From assembly GCA_028534125.1 (NCBI GenBank), contig CM052818.1, positions 33,108,001 through 33,172,000 of the forward strand: a DNA stretch of 64,000 nucleotides, given 5' to 3'. The stretch is from Lama glama (taxonomy: Eukaryota). A program made the position numbers and the translations under genes. The stretch's first letter is position 1. Each line of letters opens with the position of its first letter. The notes below the pieces were generated by a model. It saw only the letters and a program-made list of their open reading frames with translations, did no database searches and was not told the DNA's origin. Positions 23,492-35,415 of this stretch are shown here, piece by piece.

Positions 23492-23663
23492 TCATGTGCA
23501 GGCGTGGGGTCGGGGGTGGGGGGACAGGGAGAGAGAGGCTTTGAAAAGGTGCTCCCCAAGTCTGTGAAGATGGTCTCAGGCCACACCGAGGGCCACACTC
23601 CCCTTCAGGGCTCCTGGGGAGATAGCATGAGACCCTTTCCCTCCAGGTCCCCCAGTCTTTCCA

Positions 23664-23674
23664 GTGACTCAGCA
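23664..23674 (+). promoter_or_regulatory. Consensus ARE/MARE (GTGACTCAGCA; NRF2-sMAF/AP-1)
   Basis: Exact match to RTGACTCAGCA; function not demonstrated. Confidence 0.4.
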
Positions 23675-24369
23675 ATAGGGTGCCTTGTTCACCTTCCCCT
23701 GGCCTCCTGGCATTTGAGAGAAGGGGAAGTGTGTGGGCAGCTCCGGGATTTCTCAGTGACCATTCCCTGGCCTCCTCCCTGGGGCACTTACGGCTCCGGC
23801 TGCTGGGAAGCAGCCCCTGGGAGAGGGCTAACTCCGCATCTGAGGGAAGGCCCTTCATGTCTCAGAGGCTTGGCTTTTTCCCAGAACTCCCGCTCCCACC
23901 CTGGGGCCCTGAGCACCTTGTCCTGGGATGGCTGCGGACTTTGCTTTAGGTCAGCAGGCCTGGCTCATTTCCCCAGGCTTCTAGAGACGGAGAGCGAAGT
24001 AGCATAAAGAGGAGTCCCTGAGCTTCTTAGGGTGGAGAGGGGAGGCGAGGGGAGGCTCTGCCCAATGCATTATTTACTGTCATTTCTAAAGTTGCACCAG
24101 GAGAACTTTCTGTCCTCCTGAAGAGCTGGTCTATTTCATTTTTACCAGAAAAGGAGAGCTCAGTGCCACCAGCATTGCCTCGAGGACCAGCCTGCCAGGA
24201 AGCCATGTTCAGATGCAACAGCCCATGGTTCTGGGACACCTCTTTCCTTCTCTATCCCAGCCTTGTGTTCTTTTAACCTGACTTTAAAGGCCTATTACAT
24301 CTGTGTCTTCCATTGTGAGTCATCTCAGACCTACTTGGAAACAGGCAGGATAGAATGGATGAATGAATG

Positions 24370-24545
24370 CATGGTAGCATCTACTGGGTACTCATTATGT
24401 GCCAGGCCCTATTCTAAAGTGCTTTACAATATCGACTTATTTAAGCCTCCCAAAAACCCAATGAGAAGATCTCTCTAGGATTCCCATTTCACAGCCAAGG
24501 GACTAAAGCACAGTGAGAATAAAAGCTTACCCCAGTCAAGGCTGC
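24370..24545 (-). mobile_element. MIR SINE
   Basis: tatgtgccaggccctattctaaagtgctttaca...ttatttaagcctcc...attcccatttcacag. Confidence 0.85.
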
Positions 24546-26019
24546 CTGATTCTGCCTCCTGCCTCCTACTGGCACTGTTCTGCCTCTGAGGATGAGTAAA
24601 TAAAAGCCCATAAGCACGAGATGGGGGGTGGGGGGGTGTGGCGGAGGAGGGAGGGCAAATGATGGTGCTGGAGCCGGAGGGTCGGAGCCAATGCCTGTAT
24701 TGACCGTGGCAGAGGCAATGGAGGCAGGGCTGCTGAAGAATCCTTCCCACCTGGCTGCTTCCAGCTCTCAGGTGAGAGGGGTCCTTCAGGTGCAAACACA
24801 AGGCAACTGATGCAGTGGAAGCTGCTCGCTGGCTTGCTTGTGGCCTTGGATACATTCCTTACCCTTCCTTGGCCTCACTCTGCCCATTTGGGAGACAGTG
24901 GGATTCAGGGGTCCGGAGGCCTTTAAAACGAGACATTCTGCAGCTCTTCCCACGTCTGGAGCCAGAGCAGGGGGTGAGCTCTGAGCATCCAGCAGCCTGG
25001 CCCCAGGGAGACCCGGAGGGCCTGGGAGTAGGGCGGGGCGGCTAGCAGCGCTGGCAGTTCCTGGGGCACAGGCCTCAAGCCCAAACTACCCCGTCCTCCC
25101 TGAGAGCAGCCGAGGCAGAGCCCCGTTCTCAGAGCTGAGAAGAAACCCAGAGACTGTATAATCTAACTTTTCCCAGTTGCCCACCTCCCACTGCCCACAG
25201 CCCTCTTTCCCTAAAGCCACAGCCACCAGGCAAGAGGGCTGCAAGCAGGAAACCCTGGAACCTCTGGCTGGGCCGGCGGGATCTCCAGCTGTCCCCCAGG
25301 CCTCCGTGTCATCCTGGGCCGTGAGTCAGGGAAGCATCGCTGTGGCACCAACCCAGTGAACTATGACTTTTGGGGTCAAACAGTGGCTTATGACTAATCC
25401 TCACACATAAGGTGCTGAGCTGGCCCTGGGAAAGTGGCAAGAGAGGCTCCTCCTGGCAGCCGCCCTGGCCCCCTGGGGCCCTCCCCACCAGCCCCATACC
25501 TTCACACCTGTGCTCCTCACCCCCGGCTCGCAGCTGGAGGTCTCTTGGAAAGAATCTAATGGGTAATTCTTATCAGAATGGTTAACAGCTATGACAGGGA
25601 ATGAGCGCCTGAGGGTCAGGGGCGGGGAGAACCTGGGTTCTGTGCTGCCAACAGCTTATCTTGTAGTTGTGTTGTTTTAGAAACTCTCTTAGCATATGAG
25701 GCAAGACATTGGCCACATGAAGAAACTGAGGCTCGCAGAGACGAGCCCAGTAGGGTTGAGGCTTGAACCTGGGAGCCCTCCACACAGGCCTCTGGGCAGA
25801 AGGTCACTCAGCCTGATGGCAAACAAGCTTTGTTGTTTTGAGGTTGAAAGCACAGAACAGAGGCCCACCAGCCTCGTCTCCCTCATCTCTACGTGGGGAT
25901 CACGCCCACCACACGGGGCCGGGCCCAATCTCATGGGGCGCTGTTGAGGAGGTAACAGGGTCATGGACCCACACAAATGGCACGTTTATTATTATTGTTG
26001 TTGTTGTTATTGTTACTCA

Positions 26020-26490
26020 TTACGCCCACCGCGGTAAACACGATCCCCAGTACCTCAGGTGCCAAGGAGCCGCCCCGCCCCGTGGGCCCCCTTCCCGCAG
26101 CGCCCCAGGAAGCCGCCCGGCCTGGCCTCTGACGTCCGTCCCGTCTGGGAGCCCTCTCCTTTCTTGTGGTTCCACGTTTGAAAATCTCCCTGTTTTCCCG
26201 GCTCCCCTCTGACCAGAACGGCCCGGGCGCTTTGTCCCTCTGCGCACATGAGTGACTTGCTGAAAAGCAAACACACTGGGGCCGCCAGCCTCGTGGTTTC
26301 AGGCTGTGCGGTTTACCTCATGACGTCATCTTCCTTCCTCCAGATAAACCAGAAGCGACGTTACTGCGCAGAGAGTCCGCTGGTCCTGGGAAATGGGGCC
26401 TGCTCTGACTCGTCCTTTGAAGGTTCAGAGAGGGCAGCTGAAGGCGTCCCGAGGCTTGGCTGAGGGTCGGGCTTACCTGGGAGGGCGGAA
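26020..26490. promoter_or_regulatory. Small CpG-rich island-like enhancer/promoter candidate
   Basis: About 30 CpGs in about 470 bp (by eye); palindromic ATGACGTCAT 26320-26329; TGACGTC 26130; GC boxes 26070-26081; RUNX TGTGGTT 26165 and TGCGGTT 26307; ETS CAGGAAG 26106; FOX GTAAACA 26034. Confidence 0.6.
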
Positions 26491-26769
26491 GGGGGTTTCT
26501 AGCACAGAGGGTTTGTGGAGGCCTGGACAGGGGTCTTTAAATGTAGGAATTGGGGCAGGAGCTGAGGCTCCTGAGGCTGGGGAGGAAGAGCTGAGACCTC
26601 CTGGGCCCCAGGTGACAGAGCACCAGGCCCTGGGGTGCCATCCAGAGAGGGCAAGCGGACAGCAGCCCTCCCCTTCCTCAGACCTGGGCACCCCCTCCCT
26701 GCCCCCTGCCTACCAGACGAAGGATGGGGTATGCCAGGGCCAGGGGATGGGGAAGGGACAGCTTCCATC

Positions 26770-26910
26770 TGTTGAATACTCACCTTATCCCGGGCTCTGT
26801 GCTTTATTATCTCATTTAATGTTCTAACCACCCTCTGAAGTAGGTAATGTATAGAGTGTTTGGTGACAGATGACAGACCCAAAACTCTGAGAGGTTTGGG
26901 ACTTGCCCGA
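26770..26910 (-). mobile_element. MIR SINE
   Basis: attatctcatttaatgttctaaccaccctctgaagtagg...acagatga...ctgagaggtttgggacttgccc. Confidence 0.75.
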
Positions 26911-27389
26911 GGCCCCAGTTCACACTGGGCCTGGTCCATCGTCAGGAGTGTTTGCTGCACAGAAAGGAGCCCAGATGCTACCTTTCCTCAGAGAAGCCGA
27001 GGTGTCCTATGCTCCTGGGACAAGACCATTTCCCTTCCGAGGGCACATGTACCCACGACAGAAGGGGTCGTGGCTGAGCGGGGCCTCCTCGGAAGGAGCT
27101 TGGACTGCAGGCTGGAGCTGAGGGAGGCCAGAGCCACCCAGAGTATCTCAGTTCAGACCTGTCCACTGCTGGGGAGCGGGGTGGCCCTTCTGTCTCCCCA
27201 GGGGCCCCATTTCCTTCTACTTGATCCAAATTCTAATTGAGCCTCCCCACACTGTGTCAGTCACACTCACTCTGCAGGGACAGCAGGGAGGGGAGAGAAT
27301 ACAGAGACAAAAAGACGTGGTTCCCGTCCTCAGGGAACCTACACTCTTTTCAGGGATAATGACAGGGACGAGGGCCACCACCACCATGT

Positions 27390-27600
27390 TCATAATCACT
27401 GTATTTACCCAGTATTACTAGGTGCCTAGCCCCATATTAAGTGTGTGGAAGTCATTCAATCCCTGTTATAAAACAACCTGCTTTATAGATGAGGCAGCTG
27501 AGCTTCTGCCCCTCGTCCAAGGTCACCCAGGTAGGGAGTGGCAGGGCTGGGATTTGAATCTGGAACTGTCAGACTGTAGGACTGTGGTCCTTACTCCAGT
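27390..27600 (-). mobile_element. MIR SINE
   Basis: tttatagatgaggcagctgag...ccaaggtcacccaggtagggagtggcagggctgggatttgaa. Confidence 0.8.
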
Positions 27601-29639
27601 AACTCTGACCGGAGGCAGAAGAACCCAGGTTCCAGCAAGATGTACTGAGTGTGCAGAGGAAGGGACACAGGGGAACCAGGGCCCCATGAAGGTCACAGAT
27701 GAGGAGGCAAAGGCCACTCTCAAGAGGGGACCAGCCAAAGCCGAGGTTCATGGTGCATGTGTGAGGAATAGCAAATAGTTCCATTAGGACAGAGCCCCGG
27801 GCCTGGGAAGGGGTTGCTTTTGGAAAGAGGGATCAAGGACTGAACAGGACAAAGCAGGTGCTGGGTGACTGTCCTCACCCTGGTACAGGCCTGGGCGCCT
27901 CTCAGAAGGTTGTGTCAATGGCCAGTCCAGGCGAGAGCTTCTCCAGGGCGAGGCCACCCTCCTCTGCTCGAGGTCCACCTCCTGCATCGCTTCCTGTGGC
28001 CCAGATGCCTTCCCGGGTCAGCTGTTGGGTCTAAGCAGTGCCAGAGAGGAAGGCCTGAGCAGCTCAGAGATTGTGGGGTTTGTGGGCTGAGCTGGAGATC
28101 TGCACAATAATCTGAGCTGATAGAGCCCACGTGGGTGGTCTCTGGGAGAGTCTGGGAGGAAACCAGGCAGGGCGCCTCTGTCCTTGGCCTGGGCGCCCAG
28201 AGCTCAGCTGGAGCAGGCGAGCCCATGGAGGCTGTGCTGGCTGCAGGGTGCCTAGGCCCCTCGGACACTGTCCCCAAAGTCACTGGTGGTCATCACGAGT
28301 CACTCCTAACTCACCGCAGCTTCCTGCCTGCTCCTTCCGCCTGCCGCTCCTGGTGGGGTGGGGAGATCTTTCCTGTACTCTGGGGGTTTATTTTCCACAG
28401 CCAGAGCCCGGGGCAGCTTCTCTCCATCCCTTGTTCTCAGCCACCCTCTTCTCTAGTCAGCTCATCCTCTGCTCCTCCATCATCAGGGGCCCCAGAGCGG
28501 GCAGGACACTGAGCTGGTCTGCCAGGCCCAAGGGTGGCTGGGAGGTGGGGAAGGGGAGGGCCAAGGGCAGCAAGCCCTGAGCCAAGGCGCTGGGATGGTG
28601 TCTGAGCCCAGCTCCCCCAGCTCACGCTCCTGGCAGGAGGCCCAGGCTCAGAGCCGGCCTCACAGGCTGATTCGTGACTGAGAATCTGCCTCCTGGGCCC
28701 TGCTCTGGGTGGGAGGGGCCTGGGAAAGTCAAGTCTTTGGGCCTTTGCAGCCCTGTGGGGCCGGCCCAGGCTGTGTGTGGCAGCTGGAGAAGCACAGAAA
28801 AGCCCTTTTCTTCATTAAGCATCTGGGTGGAGACTGAAGGAATCAGCAGGAAGGCTTTTCCAATTATCCAGACTTGGGTTGGCAGTCGGGGCCCGGGGAA
28901 GCAGGTTTGCCTCCTTCAGTCCTTAGAAGATTCCCCCTCTCCCTCCTGCCATGGTAATTAATCGTGGTCTCCAGGGGTGGGATGGGGTGGGTAGCACTTT
29001 TCCACACCACCATGCCATCCAGCTGCCCAGCTGTAGCCCCAGGCTCTGGAACCAGGGAGAAGCAAGAGATGTAGTTGCCATCCCCATAGTGGGCCCGGTA
29101 AGGCCCACTGAAAGGCCAAGCTGGGGTGACACAGGGACCAGAGATGTGGTCACCACAGGCCCTTGGGCAACCTTGTGTGCACTAGTGGCTGCTGTGGCCA
29201 CGATGACCTTTGCAGGTAACCAGGATGGTGAGAATCAGCCACCAATAACTAGCCCCTGGACTTCTCTGGAAGCCATCGGCCCAGCCCCCTGCATCCCGGC
29301 AGCCCTGCTGCTCAAGCTCTGTTCTCAAAGAGCAGGATGCTTAGGTGGACCCCCATCCCTGGGCACGGCTCTCTGCTTCAATTTTGGAGGTAGGACCAGT
29401 GACTGATTGACTGATTGGATAAGGAGATTGGAGGGGGGGTGTCTCTTGGCCAACGTAGGGTACCATTGTCTGAGCCAGAGGCCCAAGGCCCATGTGGGCC
29501 TGTGCTCTCACCTAACTCCAGAGGATCCCCCATCCCATCCACTTCCAAGGCGGAGTGAGTGAGGTCATGTCTGCCCAGCTCCAGTCACTCTGTGGGGTCG
29601 ATGAGCCTCCAGAAATGCACACAATCCTCTCTCTACTTG

Positions 29640-29970
29640 TAACTCAAATCATGCAAAAGTCCAAACATACAGAAGAGGATAAAGGCGTATCACGACCCCC
29701 GTGAGCCCACCACTCAGCTTCAGCCCTCGTCCACATTTTCTAATCTCTTTCACTTCCCATCCTACTTTTTAAAAATATTTTAAAACAATCCTAGACATCA
29801 TATTATTACCCATAAATACTTCCATTTTTATCTCCAACAGATTGAGTTTGTTCATTTGTTTGTTTATGTCATCACAATGCCAAGTCTCAGCAGTTGTTGA
29901 TAAAGTTAACAATGATTTCTTAACCTCAGATAAAACTCAGTTCAGGTGCAGAGTTCCCTGAGGGTCTCAT
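29640..29970 (-). mobile_element. L1MC5-type 3' end fragment
   Basis: caaacatacagaagag...ccaccactcagcttca...tattttaaaacaatcctagacatcatattattacccataaatacttc. Confidence 0.75.
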
Positions 29971-30429
29971 CCTTCTAGGCAGCAGACTGATTTCTAGTCA
30001 CAGAAATTAGACCTCAAGATTGTCGTATAGCACACAGGTCACATCTTGGCCCTTGAGTCACCTCGGCTGAGTGATCTGTCCCTAAAGAGCTCAGCCCTGT
30101 ATCAGGAGCTGGGCTACTGAGGTGACAGGGACAGGCCCTGTCCCAGAGGAGACTGGTATGGAAACTGCTCAGGCCACTTCCACGTGGCCACTGCCGGGAG
30201 CTGTGTCTTGCTAGACTAGCCTGGATCAGGGAAGACATGAAATCCTCTCCTGCCTCCCCAGCTGCCTCAGGATCAGCTCAGTGGGGCGGGGAGGTCCCTT
30301 AACGGTGCCCAGGCCTACCTCCCTCCTGCCCCTGCCCCACCCTCCGCCACCTCTATGCATCCTGTGCTGGACTGACCAGGCCTGTCCCCTGGCCTAGAAC
30401 ACGCCTTCTCCCTGCCTCCAGGTTCCTGC

Positions 30430-30622
30430 TTATCACTGCCTCCGAGAAGCGCCCCCTGACCAACCGGGGATCACTCTTGCACCCCCAGTCTAAACTTCCA
30501 GCCTTGCTGCAATGACTGAGTGTGTCTGGAGCTTTCTGAAGGGCAGGACTGTGTCCCGAGTGTTTCCCACACAGCCAGGTCTCCAAGCCGGGAATGTTCT
30601 GGATGTTTGCTGCATGAATGAG
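30430..30622 (+). mobile_element. L2 3' end
   Basis: gagctttctgaagggcaggactgtgtc...atgtttgctgcatgaatga. Confidence 0.65.
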
Positions 30623-31204
30623 GGTGTGCAAATCAAGGAGCAAATTTTCGGAAGCACAAGTCAGTGGAGGAGAGAAACTACCGGGAGCATGTGGCAATGG
30701 GGAAACGCTCTCCCACATTTTCCATCCAGCTTCAGAAACGGGAAAACAGATGGAGCCAGCGAAAGTGCCCCTGCCCATCAGCCAAGGCCTGTCCCGTCCA
30801 GTGTCCTGTGTCTCGCCGGCCTCTCTGAACCCCCAGGGGAGCTTCCCTCCCGGGGGCAGGCTGAGAACAGGCGTGGGGCTCTGCACATGCCCAGACCACG
30901 TGCCTGTTGGTGGGTCTGTTTGCACAGGGTCATCTGGTTTCAATCCAGTAAGATCTTAAGACTTTCTGCGGGAACTTCTATTTTAAACTCTCCCTGGTGG
31001 GCTGGACAAACTCAGGCTGAGTAGGCTGTGAGCCCCTGAACAACTGGGGGGCTTACCACCCCCCTCTGGCCCCTGTGGACAGAGGGCGGGCGGATGCTCC
31101 AGGACCCAGACCCAGCTCCCTGCTGGATGGCCCTGGATGGCCTCAAGCAAGTCCTTCTTCCTTCTGGACCACAAGCTCCTCATCTTTACAGTGTAGGGTT
31201 AACA

Positions 31205-31395
31205 GCAGGGAGCCGGATTGCTGGGGTTCAAATCTTGGCACCACCTTTAGTTAACTCTGTGACTGGCAAAGTGATTGAACATCCCGGGCTTCAGTTTCCT
31301 CATTGATAAAATGGAAATAAGTTGAGTTGTTGGGATTACCTGAGGGAAATACTCAGCACAGTGTCTGGGATATGACAAGGCTTACATTAAGTGCT
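31205..31395 (+). mobile_element. MIR SINE
   Basis: ggggttcaaatcttggcaccacc...ctgtgactggcaaagtga...cttcagtttcctcattgataaaatgga. Confidence 0.85.
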
Positions 31396-31402
31396 GCTTT
31401 TA

Positions 31403-31720
31403 CAGATCTGTAATTTCTTCTGGTTTCTTTGGTCATTTGTGTTTCAGAGTTATACACAAGTTTGCATTTTTAGAAAGGTAATATAGTGCCTATTCCCATA
31501 CCTCATATAATCCGGTCAGGCCTGGGCAGCACCCCAAGAAGAAACATCAGTATTTCCTCATTAACACCCATGAATATTAACCCTAAGTGGGAAAAATTAT
31601 AGATAGATAGCCTCACATTTGATCAGGCGAGGTTTTGTTGTGAAATAAGTTATGAAAAACACTTTGGGTTTTCAGAGGTTTGGGGAGTTTGGAATTGCAG
31701 ACAAGGGACTAGGGGATGTG
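31403..31720 (-). mobile_element. Tigger-family MITE (MER46C-like)
   Basis: ttttagaaaggtaatatagtgc...gggcagcacccc...atgaatattaaccctaagtggga...ggttttcagagg...tttggaattgcagacaaggga; TA at both flanks. Confidence 0.8.
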
Positions 31721-32854
31721 TATTGTTATTATACTGGTGAATTTAGGAGGAAATGCTGGGATGCTTTCCACTGCTCTGGGGCGGCACCAGGGGCCTGGGC
31801 AAGGTGAGCCCACTGTGGAGCAAGGTGGTGGGGCTGGGCTGCCCACTGTGGCCTGTCCCAGACAGCGTCCCAGTCGGGCAGGGGCTCCACCAGACACCGG
31901 GCACCTTTGTGTGGATTAGAATGAAGCACGTATCCTTGCAGGCTCAGCCCCCGCGGGGGGCAAGGCTCAATCAGCAGACAGCAACCTCGGAGGCAGAGAA
32001 GGCATCCCTTCGTCCGGGCAGGCCAGCACCACACTAGCAAATCCTGCTGCCCAACAGGTGGCCCTGCACCGACAGGCACTAGCGGGGCGGGCATCACACT
32101 CGCCCCACTTGAAGGCACTGTGAAGACCCCCTGCGTCTGAGGGTCACCAACAACATAAGCTACCCGTGGTGTGGAGCACGGGAAGGAGCCCCTTCAGGTC
32201 AGGCCATCTACTGGGGGCCCCGGAGGCTGATTTCTGACCCATCTCCCTCCCCTGCCCAATCCTCCAGCCACTTGGGCTCAGGGCCATGCAGGGAGAAGGG
32301 AGCAATCTCCTTTCATCTTAGAATCCAAGTGGGATTCTGGGCTGACATCCCCACGGAGTCATCTCAACCGACCCTTGTCCTGGAGGGGAGTGCAATGCCC
32401 TGGATGTTTGCCCAGAGCTGTGGCACTTACAGATTACTGTCATGGAATCCGATTTGACAGTCACAAGAGTCTCATTACCTCCTTTGTATATATCCATAAA
32501 ACCAGGTTCAGAGGCGAAGGGACTGGCCCAAGGTCGCACAGGAACAGTGCACAGGAGCCTAGGCTTCCTGCCCCACGCCTTTCCTCCCTGCACCTCGTGG
32601 CCTCTAGGGCCACCGCCTCACCACTCAACCGTCAGTGGTCTCCCAGGGACACCTTCCCTGCTGGCTGGGCGGGTGCGGGGGTCAAAGGCAGGTATGGGAG
32701 AAGGAGTCGGGCAGCAGGCAGGGCGGGACCTGGCCGAGGCGTCCTGTGCCCGCGCCACCTCTGGGTGGGGGATTCCCCTTGCTGGGTGCCCGAGGGATAA
32801 ACACAACACCTCAGCTAACAATAAAATACAAAGAGCAAACAAGACAACAGCGGG

Positions 32855-32930
32855 GTGGATAAAGGTGATTAGTGCTTATAAAAGTGCTTTGAGCCCCTGG
32901 AAGAAAGGAGACAACAAACACAAAGCTTCC
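32855..32930 (+). mobile_element. CORE-SINE (MIR3/MIR1_Amn-like) 3' tail
   Basis: gattagtgcttataaaagtgctttgagcccctggaagaaagg resembles the tail at 11990-12040. Confidence 0.5.
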
Positions 32931-33586
32931 TTCCCCAGCCTTGGTCACTATCGGGAGGCTCTGAGCCTCCTCATGGAGAGGGAAGGCGTAGGGGGCCCAG
33001 GGGAGGGTCCACAGCTCAGGACACACTGTGAGGATGGGGGTAGAACCCACACCGGGACTCAAGGGGACAGTCTTGCCAAGATCACACAACACACAAGGCA
33101 AAGGGAGGTCAGCTCTGGCACGTGTGTGGCGCCTCACCGGCCCCGGGGACAGGATGCCCAATCAGCACAGGTGGGGAGCTGCCAGGTCCCTGGGGGCTCA
33201 GAGCCAGGCAAGGGGCCCTGAGAGCTGAGGCCTGGCCAACTGCAGCCAGGCAGGTGTGGCAGCCCCACATGCAAGGTAAGGGCAGGCCTCATGGGGCTCT
33301 GAGTGGGCCAGGGGCCAGGTGGGAAGAGGCAGGAGCCCAAAGCAGGTGCCCGTAGCCCTCACAGGAATGAGCACAATGTGAGGAAACAGTACCTGGAAAC
33401 AGAAGCAGATCTTGGTGCCCAGGCCGGGCAGGAGGAAAGAGGCAGCCAGCCCAGGGCCGGGCCAGCGCTCCGGGTGCCCCTGCGCCCTCCTGTCCTCCCT
33501 CAGGCTGAGGGTCTCTCCAACAGCCAGCTGAAGCCACTACCCTGCCGGTCAGGGATCCTTTCTAGAATGGGGCAGGTGGCCTGAAT

Positions 33587-33665
33587 CAGGGCTGCAAGTG
33601 GTCTCTACAGGGCTTATTGGCAAATTGGAAGAAGGTGCGCCCTCTGGGCGGCTGCAGCCCAGGGC
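33587..33665 (-). mobile_element. hAT-Tip100 (MER91-like) terminal fragment
   Basis: cagggctgc...ggcaaattggaagaaggtgcgccctctgggcggctgcagccc; related to 59765-59833 on the opposite strand. Confidence 0.5.
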
Positions 33666-34319
33666 ACAGGTCTGCTGAGTAGCTGGGAGGCTGGGGCTGC
33701 ACTTTCACCCCCTCCCCTCCCCTCCCTGTACAAACTGGCCCCTCTTACCTTCCACGGGGCCCCTGAGGTCTTCCTAACCCCCTTATCCTCACACCGGCCC
33801 CCGCAGTGCTGGAAACCAGTCGGTTTGGTCCCTGCCTCAGCTAAGTCAAAGAGGCAGATGAAAAAGCACTGGGAGTCAGATCAGGTTGTAGCCTCATGCT
33901 GGGTCCCTGCCCATCTCTGGGCCTCAGTTTGCCCACCTGTGTTAGCATTGGCCCAGACGGGCTTGATGGCCCTTAGAAGCCTGGACATTAGTGGCCCATT
34001 CATAAGTGCCAGAGTAAAGGTCATCCATTGCCTGGGCGAGGCTCCCTGCTGTCTGCCTTTCGCACAGAGCGGCAGGAGTAGGGGCAGAGAGTGGGGCTGA
34101 GGGTGCTGGGAGAGTGAGGACTGGACCCCAGGTTGCTCCTCACTGCCCAGGGAGCTGCCTCTGAGGAGGCTGGTGCGGGGGGGCCCCGTAGCCCTTCCCA
34201 GAGCCGGCAGCACCCGGGCCGTGTGGGCGTGGCCGCAGATCTCCCCGCTTAGCTCACCTCCCCTTCTCCTCAGCCCCGAGCCCACCACGTGCGCCCAGCC
34301 CCCAGGTGGAAGAGGGCGC

Positions 34320-34450
34320 CCAGAGACCTGAACTCTACTCCTAGCGATGCCTTGTATGAGCCAGGGGGCCATTCTGTGGGGACTCAATTTTCTTGTCTAT
34401 AAAATGGGGATACAAACTTTTACCTCTTAGGGTCATTGTGAGGGTGAGAG
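34320..34450 (+). mobile_element. MIR SINE
   Basis: ctcaattttcttgtctataaaatggggata...acctcttagggtcattgtgagg. Confidence 0.75.
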
Positions 34451-34699
34451 ATGGTGTGGGGAAGGGCTGAATCCGGGGCTGGCGCAGAGCAGGACACTCA
34501 ACAGAGCGGACTCGTCACCATCCCGTCTCTGGGCCGAGAGCCTTTCCTTTGGTGCAGCCAGTGACCCTGCAGCTGCCTCCATCTGGGATGTTTTTGCCCG
34601 GCTCCCACCTGTCAAAGCCCATGGGGCAAAACAAGTGTCACCTCTCCCAAGCCACAGTTTCTGATTCCCTAGCTGGATTCTATCTCAAGAGCCCCTTTT

Positions 34700-35130
34700 T
34701 ACTTCCACATTCTCTGGCCCCACTGCAAGGTGTGATTCTTTCAGAAGCTGCTGGCCTAGGCTCCCTCTGCCCTTTACTGGCTGACCTCCAACCACTGCAT
34801 GGACAAACCTTCCTTAAATATCACTTTGATCCTGTCCCTCCCCTGCTCACAAGCCTTCAGGGGCTCCCCTGCTCACAAGCCTGCAGCAGCTGGACACCAT
34901 AGCCTTTCTGGGAAGGCCTTTAGAAGCCAACCATTTCAGAGACTGCCTCCCTTCTCGCCCTCCCATCCCAAGCTCAGCCTGGAGACGTGACACTCTCCTC
35001 GCTGTCCCACCCACCTCAGTGCTTCCTCCACCACCGGCCAGAATATTGCAGCACATTCCCCTATGTCCCCCTGTTCTGGAGTCTTCCAGGCATGAACTGG
35101 CCCACCACCACCACACTCATGTCCCTATTG
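34700..35130 (+). mobile_element. L2 fragment
   Basis: ccttccttaaatatcactttgatcctgtccctcccctgctcacaagccttcaggggctcccc. Confidence 0.65.
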
Positions 35131-35169
35131 CTCACTAATTGGTCACCCTCCGTTAGTCTTTGGTTTAAC

Positions 35170-35415
35170 TAATAATGTATGGAACATATTTATAATAGGG
35201 AAAATCAAGAAACAATTCAAATGGCCCAAAATAAAAGTGGTGTAGAAACTATGGAGAAATATGAGGTAGATCTTCTGAAGGCAGCTGTGCAGACTGTAGC
35301 AAGATGGCGAACACGCATGAAATAATGTTAAGTAGAAAGCAAAACAGAACACTTAATTGTTTTACATTGGTTTTAAACATGTTGAAAGTGAACAGAAAGA
35401 CTGGAAGGAAATGCC
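35170..35415 (+). mobile_element. Old L1ME-type fragment
   Basis: atttataatagggaaaatcaagaaacaattcaaatggcc...ataatgttaagtagaaa...gaaagactggaaggaaat. Confidence 0.6.

Noticed and set aside
28923-29406. ORFs with hydrophobic stretches (possible exon or pseudogene)
   Set aside because: I could not match them to any protein or repeat; splice signals are weak; tBLASTx would be needed
32442-33221. Longest ORF (259 aa)
   Set aside because: No protein family resemblance; runs through MIR-derived sequence; no convincing exon structure
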